Shown: piece by piece, positions 11,578 to 22,669 of the stretch
How positions within the stretch are numbered: position 1 is the first letter of the stretch
Layout: every line of letters begins with the position of its first letter
Assembly (NCBI GenBank): GCA_011109175.1
Contig: RDEW01000085.1
Location: forward strand, 45,975 to 109,974
Reading direction: 5' to 3'
DNA length: 64,000 bases
DNA from: Dicyema japonicum
Taxonomy: Eukaryota; Animalia; Dicyemida
Notes under the pieces: model-generated
The model's input: the letters and a program-made list of their open reading frames with translations, nothing else
Database searches by the model: none
Told to the model about the DNA's origin: nothing
Position numbers and translations under genes: made by a program

Positions 11578-14233
11578 TTAAGGCATCTGAATGGCCATGC
11601 TATTTCCCCTAACAATAGCCAACGAGATACGTTCTCGGAACCAACCAGTCTCTCGCGGATCCTTGGTCACAGCTTGAATCATGGAGCCGATCTTACGAAC
11701 CAACTCATCTGCTTGGGGGCCAAGGATTCCTGACGTTTCCACCGCGAATGGAACAAAAAGATACTCCTCCGAAATTCTCTGGTACTTCCTCCTCTTTCGT
11801 TCTTCGGCCTGCTTTGAAGCATGTCCTGGGTCTGAAGCAGAAGCAACCAAATTAGACGGGGAATAAGTATCAACACACGTCGCGTCCCAGATCAGGTTTC
11901 GTCCGTTGGCGAATGGAAAAGTCGTCATCCCATCAGGACGTTTTCCATCGTTTCGGGAAAGACCAGCAGGTTCTAACAGGCAATGGTGTCCAGCAGAGGC
12001 AAGGGAATTTTTTAATGTCATGTTAAGATAGGAGTGCCTGGGGAAACGACCCGCACTCATCTTGCATGACAAGGGATGATAACCAAAAGGATCGATCCAA
12101 CGTCCACAGCGGCATTTTCTTTTGGCACACAATTTAAGACCAAGACGAAGCGAGGTAGCTATTCTTACAGCCTCATCATCCAACAGGTTTCCAATTTCGG
12201 CAGATGGATAAGCGTTTATCCAGGCCCCCGTCGAGTGACAACTGGCTGTTTTGAGGCAGGCAAGCCTTCTTACATCTTCCGTCTTTTCAAGGGACTCTTT
12301 CTTCTTTTCGAAGACACAAAACAAATAGGACTTTTGCTTATCACAATTGGCCGGAGCATTCAGGTACAAATTCATCCATTCATCCCAGGCTCCCGACGGC
12401 GTCAGCGGTACGTTTAGTCTGGAAGTAGAGTGAAGGACCGTATCCACTAAACGCCTTGACGAGCCGAACGAAGATAAATAGGCGCCCAAAGCAACGTCCG
12501 AAGGAAGAGAAAGACCCAAACCACCGCAGGCTACAGTGAGTGAGGCCTGTAACCATCCGAAATCATCGAAACGAACATTAAGAATGGACCCCATCGTTGA
12601 CCGGATATCCATATCAATTAACGTTTTAAGGTATTTTTCGGCGTAGCATGGGGATCCCCGTAAAATAAAAAGGAGTTTTGGAAGAAGGAGACAATTCTTC
12701 AGCATAAAAAAGGCGACATGACGGTACAAAAAACTCATCCTGTCGGCATACTGACGTAAATTAGTCCTCTTGCCTTCCAATAACTCCCTCACCCGGTTTA
12801 CCAAAATCCCACACCCGAGGAAGTCGAGAGAATCAATATGAGTCTCCCTAACCCCTGGGATGATATCGCTGAGTTTTCTATGAAAAAGGTAGAATGAATC
12901 GGAACTCAAATTCAGATTAATTGCTTCGCACTTTTCATTGTTAAAATCCAGACCGATTTTTCCACACAAACTTCTGATCGATGCAACTTTGGAGAGAATA
13001 TTATCGGGACTTCCACCGAGAATACAATCGTCTAGATACCAGACGTTTAGTGGAGTGCAACGGTCCGGGGCAATATGGTCGATAGACAAGGAAAATAGAA
13101 GAGGACCGAGTAGGTCCCCCTGTTGAACTCCGGATCCGAATGAAATAATTCCACTGCCAAAAACAAGAGGGGATGGATCCGAATACGCGAGATATACAAA
13201 GGGATAAATCTGAGGAATCCTCCTCCTACAGGTATCAAGGACGGTGTTCCTTCTGACTGAATTGAAGGCATTCCGGAGGTCCAATTTGAATAAAACTCTG
13301 TCCTCAACATTCAATTCAGCTGATTGTGACGCAAATTCTCTCACTGCGTGGATCCCAGCTTCACAGCCGCCATTGATTCCGACACAAGCTGCGAAGGACA
13401 AAATTCGGCTGAAATTCGGGAGATAACAAAACGACAAGCCATTTTTGCGGATAAACGTCGAAATACGTTTCCAATTGCAATGGGGTGAATACCACCATCT
13501 TTCTTTCCAAGGCCCGTTAGATTCGCCGAAAAGAGGAGATTCCGACCAAAATCAAAAACGTTTCCGGAAAGCATGCGAGCTACGAGATTCCGGGTTCGCT
13601 CCAAGAGTAGCGATCCAGGCCTGCTGATAGAATGGGACACCAAGTCTGACAGATGGCCAGATTTGAGAACGTCAACTCCTCCACTGCTACTTCTTCGGAA
13701 AGAACGAAGAGCGTTGTAAATGGCTGAAGTGGAAATATCATGCATAGATTGTTCTGGACGAACAGGTTTACAAAAGTCTTCTGGTTCTGGAGGATGTTTC
13801 TGTCCCAATATACAGAGTGTCTCCTGAGTGGCTTTCACCGGGAGCAGTAAGATCGTTCGTACTGCAGCAGTAAGATTGCCCTCCATCAATTTCCTCCTGA
13901 CACGAGAGCGAAGCCTCTCAGGAGCCATACTGGAGTGTTTGGAATTGGACTTTGGTAAGTAATCAACTGGGAAAACAAATAATTCTTCAGCCAGGGACTC
14001 CCAAGAGGGAAGTGATCGAGCAATTTTCTTGAATAGTTTTTCATAACCTATGTGGTGTGGTAGTAACCAACACATACAGAACATCGAATCCCGCACTTGC
14101 GAGAATTAGATACTCTGCACCCTTTGCATGAGGTGTCTTCGTGTAGTACATCATAAAAAACAGACATGAATAGATAATAGGAGAAAGAACTGTATATATA
14201 AACGACGACCGACGACAACAAATAATTCAACAA
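11578..14233 (-). mobile_element. Near-complete CRE-clade non-LTR retrotransposon (RT, zinc knuckle, RLE), frameshifted
   Basis: 619-aa ORF with KLDLRNAFNSVRR, GVQQGDLLGPLLF, WYLDD, CRCG..D..GYH.LSC, KRPDG..LIWDATC; upstream ORF 13341-14096 supplies LGKKDGGIHPIAIGNVFRRL; AT-rich tail after the stop. Confidence 0.9.
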
Positions 14234-14576
14234 ATGATACTATGTTGCCCACGCGTGCGCTCTGCGCTCTCGACATATTATTTTAAAAATTTTACAGATG
14301 TAAAAAATAATTGAAATTTTCGAAGAAGGGATTATAGTTAAATGATTTTCGCAAGCAATCGTAAAACGAACTATGGGCAAATTTATCGGACATATTATGT
14401 CAATATGGGGGGAGGTATGTAAATTAATTAAAAAAAAGCAGAAGAAACCTACTTCAAGATAGAAGACACTGCTGAGCACAATAAGAAATTATATTTTGAA
14501 AGTCCAAAAATAGCGTATTCGAGAGGATTTGCTGTATTTTAAATTATATAATTGATCCTCTCGACATAATTCTAAA

Positions 14577-15296
14577 GAGGAGATCAACTGGAACTACTGG
14601 GTTTCAAGGTCATTGCTTATGAGTGTAACCAGACTTCCATGTCTCTTGTGCAATAACAACAATAATAATATAAGGTTTCCCGACCATTAGCATCATTTTC
14701 CTGATCAATAGCGTAACTAATTTTTTAAAGGTAAAAAAAACTTTTTTTAATTTTCTCATTTTCAACACCTCCTCTAGAAACAGTTTTTCCACGTTCTGAA
14801 TAAATTTTCAATTGGATTGAGAAATGGCGAGTAAAGGCCCTACAAAAATATAGGTAGAAGATCTTGAAATAGCTTTTCCTTGTCTTGGTCTTTAGGATAC
14901 TGAAAAACCGACCTCATTATGCGTTTTAAGATTTTTTTTATCCAAAAATATATTTACCCTTATTACAATGTTAATGATTGAAAGTGACGCTATTGACCTG
15001 GAATGTGATGCTATGATAGGGAAAGTGACGATAATGGTCGGGAAACCATATAAAATTTTACTGCCTTTTTAAAATCGTTGAAAGTCCGGTGAACATATTA
15101 TACGGCATAGTAAAGGCTGATAAGTATAGAAGGATGAAGTAAGACAAGTTTATGTACCTCTTCAAGTTCCGCGCCATCGTCATCGAGAGAATTAAAGATA
15201 TAAAAGGAAATCACTATTTTTGCAGAAGAAACTTGGATGTCTGGTTACACTTAAAAGCTATGACCATGAAACTCAGTAGTTCTAGTTAATCTCCTC
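14577..15296. repeat. Imperfect foldback of two inverted arm pairs; arms resemble decayed Tc1/IS630-like DDE sequence
   Basis: 14577-14660 matches the reverse complement of 15220-15296; 14668-14720 matches the reverse complement of 14985-15052; arms translate to ETW(K/M)SGYT, like the DETW motif. Confidence 0.6.
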
Positions 15297-15439
15297 GTTT
15301 TTCTTTATAATAATATTAATTCGACCCTGCCGCTGACGATTAATAATACTTTCATTATTCATATCAGCATAGACAAAACTCACATTTTATTTAAGAAGTA
15401 AAAAACAGTTATGCTAATTAATTTAAACCGAAGATGTTC

Positions 15440-15644
15440 TTAACTTGTTGTTCTTCGTTTTTTGTCTGCGTATGAGTCCCTTAGACAATTCGGTTCGGCA
15501 GTGATTAATCACTGATGACAGCGTCACCAGTCAATCACAGAAGCATCGTAGATGCGTGGAACCTTCGTCCGAAATGGACAGCAACTAGATTCGAACCCAG
15601 AACTATCTGGATTTGATCTCGCACTTATTACACTACCCCCATCC
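15440..15644 (-). mobile_element. tRNA-derived SINE-like element, copy 2
   Basis: Reverse strand reads GGATGGGGGTAGTGTAATAAG...CTGGGTTCGAATCTAGTTGCTGTCCA then the body shared with 9744-9945 and an A-rich tail. Confidence 0.65.
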
Positions 15645-15761
15645 GATTTCTCTTTAAAAAATTATATAAATTCATAATATATTAAAATAAATAATTTAAT
15701 TAACATGATATTTTAAAGTGTATAAATATTCCTAATTGCCGCTTGTGTTGTTGTTCCGAAG

Positions 15762-16417
15762 ATGTCAAATTTCAAATGCTGCGGCACATTTTTGCGGGGC
15801 GTCTCTTTTGATAATGCACAGGTTCTTAGAAATACTGAATCCTCAATCGTTATATACGATAAACTACGGAATTCGAACATTAAACATGATTACCACAGAA
15901 AATATTACAAGAATATAAAAAACGACGGTCTCTTCAAAGTCCACTTCACTCTCCTATCAAAACGACTCAGTTTCGAGGATAAGTCGTACTTGTATCTTGC
16001 GAAAGAGTATTTCAAGGATACGGTTTGCTGAATTTTGACTTTCAGCTTCCCGGATTGTTGTGTGGGGAGGAGTTGTATGACAAATACACTGATGACATTA
16101 TTTTTGTTAACCATATTTGGAAGCCCTACAAAAAGAAGGGAAAGTCTGCCTATAAATGGGAGATATTCAAACTAAGGAAGATCCTGAAGCTGATTTTCAG
16201 TGAACGAAGGTTTGAAATCCTTCACATTGGGGTCACTGAGGAGACTGATACTATAAATGTACGTTGGCGAGTGAACGGAGTGTCACGTGCTGAAATTGTG
16301 ACCGCCAATCTGATTGGGAGGTCCCTTGACGGTTATTCTACGCTTTCCGTGAATAAGGAGGGTCTTTGTTATTACCATAAAGTGGATAAGGTGGAGTGTA
16401 ATGTAAATGGCAGATAA
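15762..16417 (+). CDS. C6orf136: C6orf136-like (DUF2358, NTF2/SnoaL-like) protein
   Basis: YTDDIIFVNHI..KGKSAY..FEILHI..TINVRWRV..DGYSTLSVNKEGLCYYHKVDKV resembles C6orf136; the two ORFs join in frame through a 23-nt GT-AG intron at 16023-16045. Confidence 0.75.
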
Positions 16418-17399
16418 TCCCCGTTACTGATGAAAATAACCGAACATTGTTCACGTGGTCAACTTTGGCGGCGTTTTTTGGGCTCCAATCTGATCCAATG
16501 GATGGAGTTCTTGCTTATATCAAATTAACTGACGATCTACAAAGTGATGATTTTTATTAACTCGTTCTAACAACTTTAATTTACCGATCTAGGCAAATGA
16601 ACGGCTAATTTACCTTTGTAAATGCAATATATGTTGATGGTTTGAGATAGACTGGAGAATAATGTAGGTATGATGGCCTATTATGTTGTTATGGAGTTAA
16701 GTTTGTAATTGAATTCGACTGTCGACTTTGTAAGTAATATTTTAAACCCCCGTTGTGACAACATTGGAAGCACACTAAGTTTACACAAACTTTTTGAGGT
16801 TCAGAAGCTCACTTCCATCAAATGTTTGTAGGTTGGCGTCCCAGAATCTTGCTGATTATAATGAGCGGATTCAGTTCCCGGAATATGGAGGTATATTATA
16901 CCAAACTTCAATTTTATTACTTTTCATTACTTGGCACAATGTAATGCCGTTAAAACAACCACCTTTTTGAAGATGATTAGTTGTGGGATACAATGGTAAT
17001 ATGATTCTAAAATTATTGCCACACCAAAGATATTCAATGTTTTTCAAATATTCCTTGAGGTTTTATGAGGGCACGCTCACTAACCAATTTTAAAATCTGA
17101 CGCCTTTTTTTTCATTATAATCGAATGCATTTGAATNACAATGTAAAGCCGTTAAAACAACCACCCTTTTAGTTGTGGGATACAACGGTAATATGATTCT
17201 AAAATTATTGCCACACCAAAGATATTCAATGTTTTTCAAATATTCCTTGAGGTTTTATGAGGGCACGCTCACTAACCAATTTTAAAATCTGACGCCTTTT
17301 TTTCATTATAATCGAATGCATTTGAATTCCCATGTTATATGTACGCATGAGTATTGGATAACTAAAGATAAAATTTATAGTCCTTGCTCGTAGTAGCCT

Positions 17400-17620
17400 A
17401 GGTATCTTTCACTCGCATAAAGTCCATCTAAACTAGTGGAAGGGGAGTAACATTTAGTCCTTCTATTGTAGGAATTTCTCCAATGGAAATTAGAGAGCAA
17501 ATAAGTTTTTTCTCGTACCACCATGGCACTGGTCATAAACTGAAATAGGTGAATCACATAACTCCACTATATGAGAAGGAAAAGAGAGATTTTCAACCAA
17601 GTAGTTAGTAGAGGGGATCA
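17400..17620 (-). mobile_element. LINE 3' remnant (family with 49870 and 58080)
   Basis: Shares CTAGTGGAAG..CATGGCACTGG..ATCACAT.AC.CCACT with 50015-50100. Confidence 0.45.
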
Positions 17621-17811
17621 AACCCCCAGAGGAAACCTTTCTGATTCAGAATCACGAAAGTGGCTGAGAATCAACATGGTGGTTAAGAAAGCCTTTAAGG
17701 ACAATAATTATAAACAACAACATTTACATCAATCAATTATTTTTAATGACCTTTCTTAGTTCATTCAAAGCAGGGTCCGAATTTATGAAAGAAACTGAGT
17801 TCAATCTAAAT

Positions 17812-19439
17812 TTAAGATGAAATAAACTTTAATTTCAAAAATTCAGATAACTTTGAGTCAATTTCGTATTTAGTATACAATAGAATCAAAATTTCAGCAG
17901 CTTTATTACGGGTGTCAAGTTCCATGTCGCTTAAAAATTTTACGAGTTGTCTAAACCCCCACTCAAATGATTCTTCTGGTAATTTCTGAGTACAAAAAGC
18001 CATCGATAAGCAATAAAACAAACTATGTGGAATTAAAACGTGCTTACTTTTCTAATTATTGGAGATCGGCTTGATGAAATACGGGAGTTGAAATCATCAC
18101 TCAAAATGTACCTAAAATTTGGTAGACGTTTATACTTAATTAATAATCTACTTTGTTCTGAAGAGAAGAAAGTGAAAAGATTCCCAATGAAGTGTAGAAA
18201 CGATGAAATCGCCTCGAAATTTCGGTTACTGATAATTTTGGCTAGTTCGTCCGAGATATCTGAAATTTTCTCATTTGCCAAACCTTCAGTTCTCGATAAA
18301 GCAATAAAAATTATCTCACGTGTCCTTTCAGATAAACCACGGACAATTTTGTTAAGAATCCCAACAATGTCATAAAAAATCTTATCGTTAGACGTCTTTA
18401 GCTGTTCCCAAATTAATCCGAAAACCTCAGAATCATAAAATAAACAGAATTACAAGATCATCCTTTAGCACATTGTCCAGTGACCTTACAAAAACGTCGT
18501 CTGCATAAACAAGGCCACATATCAAGCAATAAGCTATCTGTACCAGATCAGTTGAGGATTTCATCAGCATAATAATATTGAACAACGAAGAAATCACATC
18601 TAGCACATTGTCCAGTGACCTTACAAAAACGTCGTCTGCATAAACAAGGCCACATATCAAGCAATAAGCTATCTGTACCAGATCAGTTGAGGATTTCATC
18701 AGCATAATAATATTGAACAACGAAGAAATCACATCAACATCTTCAGAATAAGAGCTAACACGACTAAACTCTGAAATTACCGCTTAGCGTCAGAAAACTC
18801 TGAAGGAATCAATTCTATTGAGAAAGGGATCATTAATAGCTGAACGACCCCATACAATATTTCCTCAGTCACGTGTCGATTTCTACACTCGAAAAAAGCA
18901 AAACCTCTCAGTCATTATATGAATCATCTGAGGATTCGCGAGAAGACTAAATGCGTGCAAAATACCAGTTGAAGCTGTAAAAAGTTGATAAGAGGCAAAA
19001 CAGCACTAAAAATAACCTCACAAATAAAACCTTGGAACAAATAATTAAGCTCAATTCGACCACTTTTGCCAACCCAGAAATCGAAAATATATAACGAAAC
19101 GATCCCGGCTTTGTATTGTTCGATAATTCGTCGGACCAAGAAAGCAGAAAATTAAAAATGTTATTCCAAAGCTTAGTGAGGATTGAAATGAGCTTGAAAT
19201 CCGTAAATTCGTCGTTCGTCTAGACTTGACAGCCAAAAATACATTCGAAAGCGCTAACAGAATGCTTATAACACCATCACATGATCCGCAGGCCAAGGAA
19301 GGACGGTTGTGAATCTACCAATATTTTCGGACACAACCTCATTGATGTTCTGAAGAATATCCTCGACGTTTAAGATAGTGGATTCGACACTCTCCTCAAC
19401 AACGTGCCGGCAAAAAGAGTGGGAATAGAAAAAAAGCGT
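17812..19439 (-). CDS. Multi-exon ARM/HEAT-repeat region resembling the STK36/Fused C-terminus; 5' end lost in the gap
   Basis: FIGNLF..SRSPIIRK..FYCLSMAF..RQLVKFLSDMELDTRNKAAEIL aligns by eye with STK36 [45 protein letters not shown]; no kinase domain visible; contains a 135-bp duplication. Confidence 0.5.
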
Positions 19440-19998
19440 NNNNNNNNNNNNNNNNNNNNNNNNNNNNNNNNNNNNNNNNNNNNNNNNNNNNNNNNNNNNN
19501 NNNNNNNNNNNNNNNNNNNNNNNNNNNNNNNNNNNNNNNNNNNNNNNNNNNNNNNNNNNNNNNNNNNNNNNNNNNNNNNNNNNNNNNNNNNNNNNNNNNN
19601 NNNNNNNNNNNNNNNNNNNNNNNNNNNNNNNNNNNNNNNNNNNNNNNNNNNNNNNNNNNNNNNNNNNNNNNNNNNNNNNNNNNNNNNNNNNNNNNNNNNN
19701 NNNNNNNNNNNNNNNNNNNNNNNNNNNNNNNNNNNNNNNNNNNNNNNNNNNNNNNNNNNNNNNNNNNNNNNNNNNNNNNNNNNNNNNNNNNNNNNNNNNN
19801 NNNNNNNNNNNNNNNNNNNNNNNNNNNNNNNNNNNNNNNNNNNNNNNNNNNNNNNNNNNNNNNNNNNNNNNNNNNNNNNNNNNNNNNNNNNNNNNNNNNN
19901 NNNNNNNNNNNNNNNNNNNNNNNNNNNNNNNNNNNNNNNNNNNNNNNNNNNNNNNNNNNNNNNNNNNNNNNNNNNNNNNNNNNNNNNNNNNNNNNNNN
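19440..19998. other. Assembly gap (N run)
   Basis: Run of N. Confidence 1.
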
Positions 19999-19999
19999 T

Positions 20000-21000
20000 T
20001 TTTACAAAAAGCAAGAAATTTCATGATGATCAACGACAAAATATATCTCAAAGATCCGAATGGAAATCAAGCTTGTGATTTGTATGGACAATGAGATGGA
20101 TGTTTTAACCTCAGCACTCCATAACCAGGCTCATCTTGGAATGAATAAAATAGAGGATCTCTGCAATAACACTACTTCCACATTAAAAGAAGTGTTATCC
20201 GCAGAGTAATTAATTTCTGTGAAATCTGTAAGTTTTCTACTATTTTAGAAGTTTGTTTTTTGGTAATATTTTAATAGATAAGTGATGAAGAACATCATAT
20301 CATTGCGCTAAAACCAAATGAAAGGTCTCAAATAGATATTATTGATCTGAAAATATTTTATTCTGTCAACGATGAATACAAATGGATGCTCACTGTAATT
20401 GATGTATATTCAAAGTTGGCCATAACAAGAAAATTAAAAAAACAAATCTGGTTTTGAAGTAAGATCCTTCAAATCGTATATTCAATTTAGGTTTCAATGG
20501 AATTAAAGAGCACATTCTATGAATATAGGCCTTGTATGATTTTACAATCAGACAATGGTACAGAATTTAAAAATTCTGATATTCAGGCACTTACTAATGA
20601 ATTTAATATTAAACAAGTTCACGGAAGACCAAACAATCCTTGTTCTCAAGGTCAGTTGCAGAATTTAAAAATTCTGATATTCAGGCACTTACTAATGAAT
20701 TTAATATTAAACAAGTTCACGGAAGACCAAACAATCCTCGTTCTCAAGGTCAGTTTTTTGTATTTATTTTTAAGGTATCATAGAACGATTCAATCAAACC
20801 ATCACACGGATTCTGTCAATAATGATGGCAAAAACGCTGAAAAATCTTGGATTCAAATATTACCTAGTGCCACTTATATACATTACATAACTGTTCATTC
20901 GTCGAGCGGACGAACACCTTTTGAGATGTATAGAGGCATTCCTGGTTTTAATACTGTTACAGTAAATGATGGTTGACTTAATTTTTAAAATTTTGACATA
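20000..21000 (+). mobile_element. Intron-containing DD35E integrase (Ginger/KRBA2-like)
   Basis: HHQAHLGMNK..CEIC zinc module, QIDIID, VIDVYSK, ILQSDNGTEF, SQGIIERFNQT, GRTPFE; 32-nt (20459-20490) and 26-nt (20749-20774) GT-AG introns restore homology; one polyA frameshift and one ~96-bp duplication. Confidence 0.85.
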
Positions 21001-21689
21001 GATTTGGAAAATGATATTTGCGACGAGACAGTAAATACTGATGTCGTTTTCTATGATGGGTCGATAGAAGAAACAAATAATGATTCTACAAAGTCTGCTT
21101 GTGAAATGGGCTACAAAAAATGATTTTAAAATTAGAAAACTTTCAACTTAAGTTCATAAAACCAAATTTGAATTCACCTTATTTTAAGAGGATGAACAAA
21201 AAGATGAATGTAAATACTAGTTTTCTATGGGGAATCAAGTTTTTTTAAATAATTAAATGTAGGTACGAGAATTAAAAGATTATGGAACTAATCCTTCTCT
21301 AAGACTGAATAAATTTGAGAGTCCATACAGTAAGAATGTAGAAGTTTTAAGTTTATTATCAAACAATCGTGTAGAGGTTAGAATGTAAAAAAAATATATT
21401 TAGGCTTGTTTATCAAATGGTGAAAAAATTATTTCAATGCACATGGTCAAGAAAATATAATTAATTTTGATGTAATAAATTTTTTTTTTCAAAAATTTAT
21501 TAACAATAAAATATTATTTATTAACTATGGGGGAAAGCGGCTGCTGACATCACGGAGTAAGCGTTTCCGCGAACAACTGCGATACCAATTCTTTGTAATA
21601 AATTATCTCTAGATTATCTTATTTCAGTAATTAACCGTGATATTGTTTGAGATGATTTTGACATATGACATTGATTGACACATGATTTG

Positions 21690-22200
21690 TTCGTGTTGTG
21701 CATGGTTGCTCACAGTGCGCGCGACATATTAAGAAATTTCAAGTTGATCTGATTGATCTTAAAAAGTATAGTTCATTAAGTTATTTTTGTGGATTTGAAA
21801 ATCAAAATGATCATTTTTCTTGGTTTTTTTCCGTTATAGACGTCTATTCAAAAAATGGATTTACAAGGAATCTGAAAAATAAAAGAGGAAACATTTTTAT
21901 GGATTATGTACCTTGTAACTTTCTACAATCCGACAACGGCACGAAGTTCAAGAACGGTCAAATCACAAAATTGTGTAAAGACTACAGAATTACTCAAATC
22001 CATAGAAGATGCCTTCGGATGACAAGAATGGGTGAGTAAAGCATCTTCGAAGGGCTGTTTTTATACAATCAAACCCCTCACTCATTCACAGTTAATTTTC
22101 TGCTATTATTTTTGTAGGTGTTTATCCGTTTCAGAGATATCGAAGGATTCCGGGGTTCAATATTATCGTGTAAAATACTATTGAAGCGACGGATTCAGAC
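21690..22200 (+). mobile_element. Second, degenerate integrase of the same family
   Basis: CSQC..FQVDLIDL..VIDVYSK..FLQSDNGTKFKN. Confidence 0.75.
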
Positions 22201-22669
22201 GGTTAAGACAACTCCGAAATATTTAGTAATGTTTTTTTTTGCTTTTAATTTTACAAATGATGATTTCAAATTTAATTTTCAGAGAGTCGATCTGAATATT
22301 CCTTGTTATAAAATAATTAATATGAAGATGGGAGTTTATCGATCAAAATAGGAATTAAACATTGGAAAAATTGTATTTAATTTATGCTGGAATTCTTTCG
22401 AAGAACGAGAAATATAGATACAGTCTAAATGCGACAGATAAGCACATCAAAAATTAGCTTCGAGCTGAACGAAATATTATTAAGTAAAGAATTATGAAGC
22501 TTAATAATGCACATTCAAATGATTTTTTATCACACCTTAGAAAGTTGGAGCAACTAAAGAGCAATGCACAAATGTTCGCTGCAGTCCTAAAGAACAATTT
22601 TCCGATGATGCATTTCGTCATATGTGGAGATAATTGTTGAGAAGGCAACATAAACAGCTTTGTTTATTA

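Noticed and set aside
11430-11578. Spliced-leader RNA or other conserved target at the CRE 3' flank
   Set aside because: The flank is only AT-rich sequence next to another retroelement; no recognisable RNA gene
13341-13437. Programmed frameshift in the CRE element
   Set aside because: CRE elements normally encode one ORF, no slippery site was identified, and there is another break at ~14050; decay or sequencing error is more likely
19266-20078. Long ORFs across N runs (also 28529-29368, 36013-36810, 52407-53553)
   Set aside because: Their length comes from Ns translated as X
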